This document shows positions 15,564 to 18,228 of a stretch of 18,228 bases of DNA, in pieces; the first letter of the stretch is position 1, and each line of letters opens with the position of its first letter. The notes below the pieces were generated by a model that saw nothing but the letters and a program-made list of their open reading frames with translations, did no database searches and was not told the DNA's origin. The translations under genes and the position numbers were made by a program. The stretch lies in assembly GCA_043779265.1 (NCBI GenBank), contig JAYWEM010000139.1, positions 1-18,228 on the forward strand, in the 5' to 3' direction. Source of the DNA: a bacterium. GTDB lineage: Bacteria; Eisenbacteria; RBG-16-71-46.

Positions 15564-16028
15564 CTAGGGTCCGTGCCCGACGCCGGCGTGGCAGTCCACG
15601 CAATGCAGGTCGCCGGCGCGGGGGCCCGAGTGCGCATCCGCCGAGGCGGGGAACACCCCCTCGACGAGCGTGCGGTGACAGTCGATGCAGTTGTGTTCGA
15701 GATTGCGGGCGTTGTGGGGTGTGATGCGGATGTGCTCGGGGTAGTCCTGGAGCGTGAAGCGGACCGAGTGATTCCAGCCGTTGATCGCCTTGGAGATGAG
15801 CTTGGGGATGGGCGCATGCGGCGTGTGGCAGTCGTTGCAGGTCGCGACGCTCTGGTGCGGCGACTTCTGCCACGAGGCCAAGTGCTCGCGCATCACATGG
15901 CAGTTGGCGCAGGCGGCGGGGTCATTGCTCATATACGAGAGCCCCTGCGCGTCGACGAACGTGTAGATCCCGAGGCCCAGAACGGCGCCCGCGAGCACAG
16001 CGGCCAGGATCGAGAGTGGGGAGCGCAT
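15564..16028 (-). CDS. nrfH: Tetraheme cytochrome c nitrite reductase small subunit
   Basis: N-terminal TM helix, SYMSNDPAACANCHVM, CNDCH, CIDCH, CVDCHAGVGHG; directly upstream of nrfA. Confidence 0.95.
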   Translation of the reverse strand: MRSPLSILAAVLAGAVLGLGIYTFVDAQGLSYMSNDPAACANCHVMREHLASWQKSPHQSVATCNDCHTPHAPIPKLISKAINGWNHSVRFTLQDYPEHIRITPHNARNLEHNCIDCHRTLVEGVFPASADAHSGPRAGDLHCVDCHAGVGHGP

Positions 16029-16291
16029 CGGAGAGCGAACCTAGCACTCGCTCGAATCGATTTCATATGGGCCCATCGCATACCTACCGCCCATCCCCCG
16101 CAATCGACCGTCCGGCGGCTGACCGCACCGTTCGTGCAACCCGGCTGCGAGGTTCGACGTGTGAATCGTTAGCGCCGTGGCGGGTTGCGGCACGTCCGAC
16201 GCCCGACTCCTTGACCTGTTCCGTGGGCGAGGCCAAACTCGCCGCCCCCGCTGAGTCTCGCGATCCCCCTCCACCTCGGACGCCCCGATCC

Positions 16292-17476
16292 ATGAGCACT
16301 CCCCAGGACCTCTCGTCGCTTCGCATCGATCGCTCCCCTCCGCCCTCCGACGAAGGTGCCGGCCGCAAGCGCCTGTTCGCCCTCGTGGCCGGCGTCGCGG
16401 TGCTGATCGTGATCGCGATCGTGCTGATGACACGCGCGGGCGGTGGCGGCGTCGCGGTGCAGGTCGGCACGGCCGAGGCGACAGGCGGCGGAAGCGCGTC
16501 GGCCGATGGCATCACGGCCAACGGCTACGTCGTGGCGCGCACCAAGGCATCGGTCTCGAGCAAGATCCTCGGACGACTGGCGTGGACCGGCGTCACCGAG
16601 GGCTCCAAGGTCAATGCGGGCGAGGTGCTCGCGCGGCTCGAGGACGCCGACTATGCCGCGGCCGTGCGCGTCAGCGAGGCCGCCGTGGCGCAAGCCGAGG
16701 CGCAGTTGGCGCAGGCCAAGCGCGAGTCGGCGCGCGCCGTGACGCTGCGGCGCGACCAGGTGATCGCCGAGCAGCAGTTGGAGGATGCGCAGACGACAGT
16801 GCAGCTGCTCACCGCGCAGCTGCAGTCGGCGCGCGCACAGTTGTCGCTGGCCCAGGCCAACTTCGAGAACACCCGCGTGCGCGCGCCGTTCAGCGGCACC
16901 GTGCTGCGGCGCGATGCGGAAGTCGGCGAGATCGTCGCGCCGTCCTCGGCCGGTGGCGGGCTGACGCGCACGGCGATCGTGACGATGGCCGATCTGACCA
17001 CGCTCGAAGTCGAAGTCGATGTGAACGAGGCCTACATCGCACAGGTGCGCAACGGCCAGCCGGCCCGCATCACGCTCGATGCCTACCCGGACACCTCGTT
17101 CGTCGGCCAGATCCGCCAGGTGGTGCCGACCGCCGACCGCCAGAAGGCGACGGTGCTCGTGAAGGTGTCGATCACCGATCGCGACCCGCGCATCCTGTCG
17201 GAGATGGGCGCCAAGGTGGTGTTCTCGAGCCGCGATGCCGTGCAACTGGCGGCGCCGCGCCGCGTGCTGGTGCCGAGCACCGCCGTGGTGCAGCAAGGCG
17301 ACGGCGCGTTCGTCTGGGTGGTCGAAGAGGGCGCGGTCAAGCAGGTGAAGGTGGATGTCGGCCCCGCGCGGGGCGAGAAGACGGAGATCCGCAGCGGGCT
17401 GTCCGGCGGCGAGAGCCTGGTGCTCTCCCCTCCTGCCTCGCTGTCCGACGGCACGAAGATCAAGATCGAAGGCTAG
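16292..17476 (+). CDS. Efflux membrane-fusion (periplasmic adaptor) protein, MacA-like
   Basis: N-terminal TM helix, ANGYVVAR, alpha hairpin, VRAPFSG, LEVEVDVNE, PTADRQKATV. Confidence 0.9.
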   Translation: MSTPQDLSSLRIDRSPPPSDEGAGRKRLFALVAGVAVLIVIAIVLMTRAGGGGVAVQVGTAEATGGGSASADGITANGYVVARTKASVSSKILGRLAWTGVTEGSKVNAGEVLARLEDADYAAAVRVSEAAVAQAEAQLAQAKRESARAVTLRRDQVIAEQQLEDAQTTVQLLTAQLQSARAQLSLAQANFENTRVRAPFSGTVLRRDAEVGEIVAPSSAGGGLTRTAIVTMADLTTLEVEVDVNEAYIAQVRNGQPARITLDAYPDTSFVGQIRQVVPTADRQKATVLVKVSITDRDPRILSEMGAKVVFSSRDAVQLAAPRRVLVPSTAVVQQGDGAFVWVVEEGAVKQVKVDVGPARGEKTEIRSGLSGGESLVLSPPASLSDGTKIKIEG

Positions 17477-17489
17477 GAGGAATCTCGCG

Positions 17490-18161
17490 ATGGCATCCGT
17501 GGTGGTCAGCAACGTTCGCAAGGTGTACCGACGCGACGCGCAGGAGGTGTCGGTGCTCGACGGCCTGTCGCTCGAGATCCCGAGCGGCGAGTTCGCCGCG
17601 CTCATGGGCCCGTCGGGCTCGGGCAAGACGACGCTCCTCAACCTGATCGGCGGCATCGACCAGCCCACGAGCGGCGATGTCGTGGTCGGCGGCACCAAGA
17701 TCTCGGGCATGAAGGGGCCGGCGCTCGCCAAGTGGCGCTCGACCTCGATCGGCTACATCTTCCAGATGTACAACCTGATTCCGGTGCTGACCGCGCTGCA
17801 GAACGTCGAGTTGCCCCTGATGCTCGTCAAGATGAAGGGCTCCGAGCGCAAGAAGCGCGCTCAGTTCGCACTCGACCTGGTCGGGCTCGGCGATCGCATG
17901 AAGCACTACCCGCGGCAGCTCTCGGGCGGGCAGGAGCAGCGCGTCGCGATCGCGCGGGCGCTGGTGGCCGACCCCAAGGTGCTGCTCGCCGATGAGCCGA
18001 CGGGAGATCTCGATCGCAAGAGCGCCGAGGACGTGCTCAGCCTGCTCGCGCGGCTGAACACCGAGTTCGGCAAGACCATCGTCATGGTCACGCACGACCC
18101 GCACGCCGCGGAACGCGCCACGCGCACGTTCCACCTCGACAAGGGCACGCTCACCTCCTGA
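17490..18161 (+). CDS. ABC transporter ATP-binding protein (LolD/MacB-like)
   Basis: [41 protein letters not shown]. Confidence 0.95.
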   Translation: MASVVVSNVRKVYRRDAQEVSVLDGLSLEIPSGEFAALMGPSGSGKTTLLNLIGGIDQPTSGDVVVGGTKISGMKGPALAKWRSTSIGYIFQMYNLIPVLTALQNVELPLMLVKMKGSERKKRAQFALDLVGLGDRMKHYPRQLSGGQEQRVAIARALVADPKVLLADEPTGDLDRKSAEDVLSLLARLNTEFGKTIVMVTHDPHAAERATRTFHLDKGTLTS

Positions 18162-18173
18162 GGGGGATCGATC

Positions 18174-18228
18174 ATGAACTTCGTCTCTCTCGTGCTGGTC
18201 AATCTCGGACGCAACAAGCTCCGCACGG
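18174..18228 (+). CDS. ABC transporter permease (MacB/FtsX-like), N-terminal fragment
   Basis: [18 protein letters not shown], a typical permease start directly after the ATPase; truncated by the window end. Confidence 0.75.
   Translation, partial: MNFVSLVLVNLGRNKLRT

Noticed and set aside
1..18228. CRISPR arrays, tRNA/rRNA genes, IS transposases
   Set aside because: No regularly spaced direct repeats, RNA-gene signatures or transposase motifs were seen.

Overview
GC-rich bacterial chromosomal window; an FCB-group or Myxococcota-like host is a weak inference from one operator motif. Left end (1-3100, minus strand): an integron with an inverted layout, in which intI reads toward its own cassette array. 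It carries a putative attI (~1799-1840), cassette 1 (HNH nuclease with two N-terminal helical repeats and a 60-bp attC) and cassette 2 (VOC/glyoxalase). The attC of cassette 2 is interrupted by a group II intron inserted in the same orientation as the cassettes; the intron RT ORF runs off the window. Divergent from intI, behind a sigma70-like promoter with a perfect CTGCAC-N4-GTGCAG palindrome (LexA-box-like), lies an unusual mutagenesis cluster: a small DUF6504/ImuB-C-like protein, an in-frame TcmP::DUF5131 (methyltransferase-like plus three-Cys radical-SAM-like) fusion, a catalytically intact DinB-like Y-family polymerase, an orphan MqsA-type antitoxin with its own promoter, and a DnaE2-like polymerase. 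The right half is ordinary redox and transport genes: redoxin-MsrB fusion, nitronate monooxygenase, hot-dog thioesterase, HD hydrolase, ferredoxin, nrfHA (CxxCH-type NrfA) and a MacAB-like ABC exporter. All family calls come from recognising motifs by eye; no searches were run.
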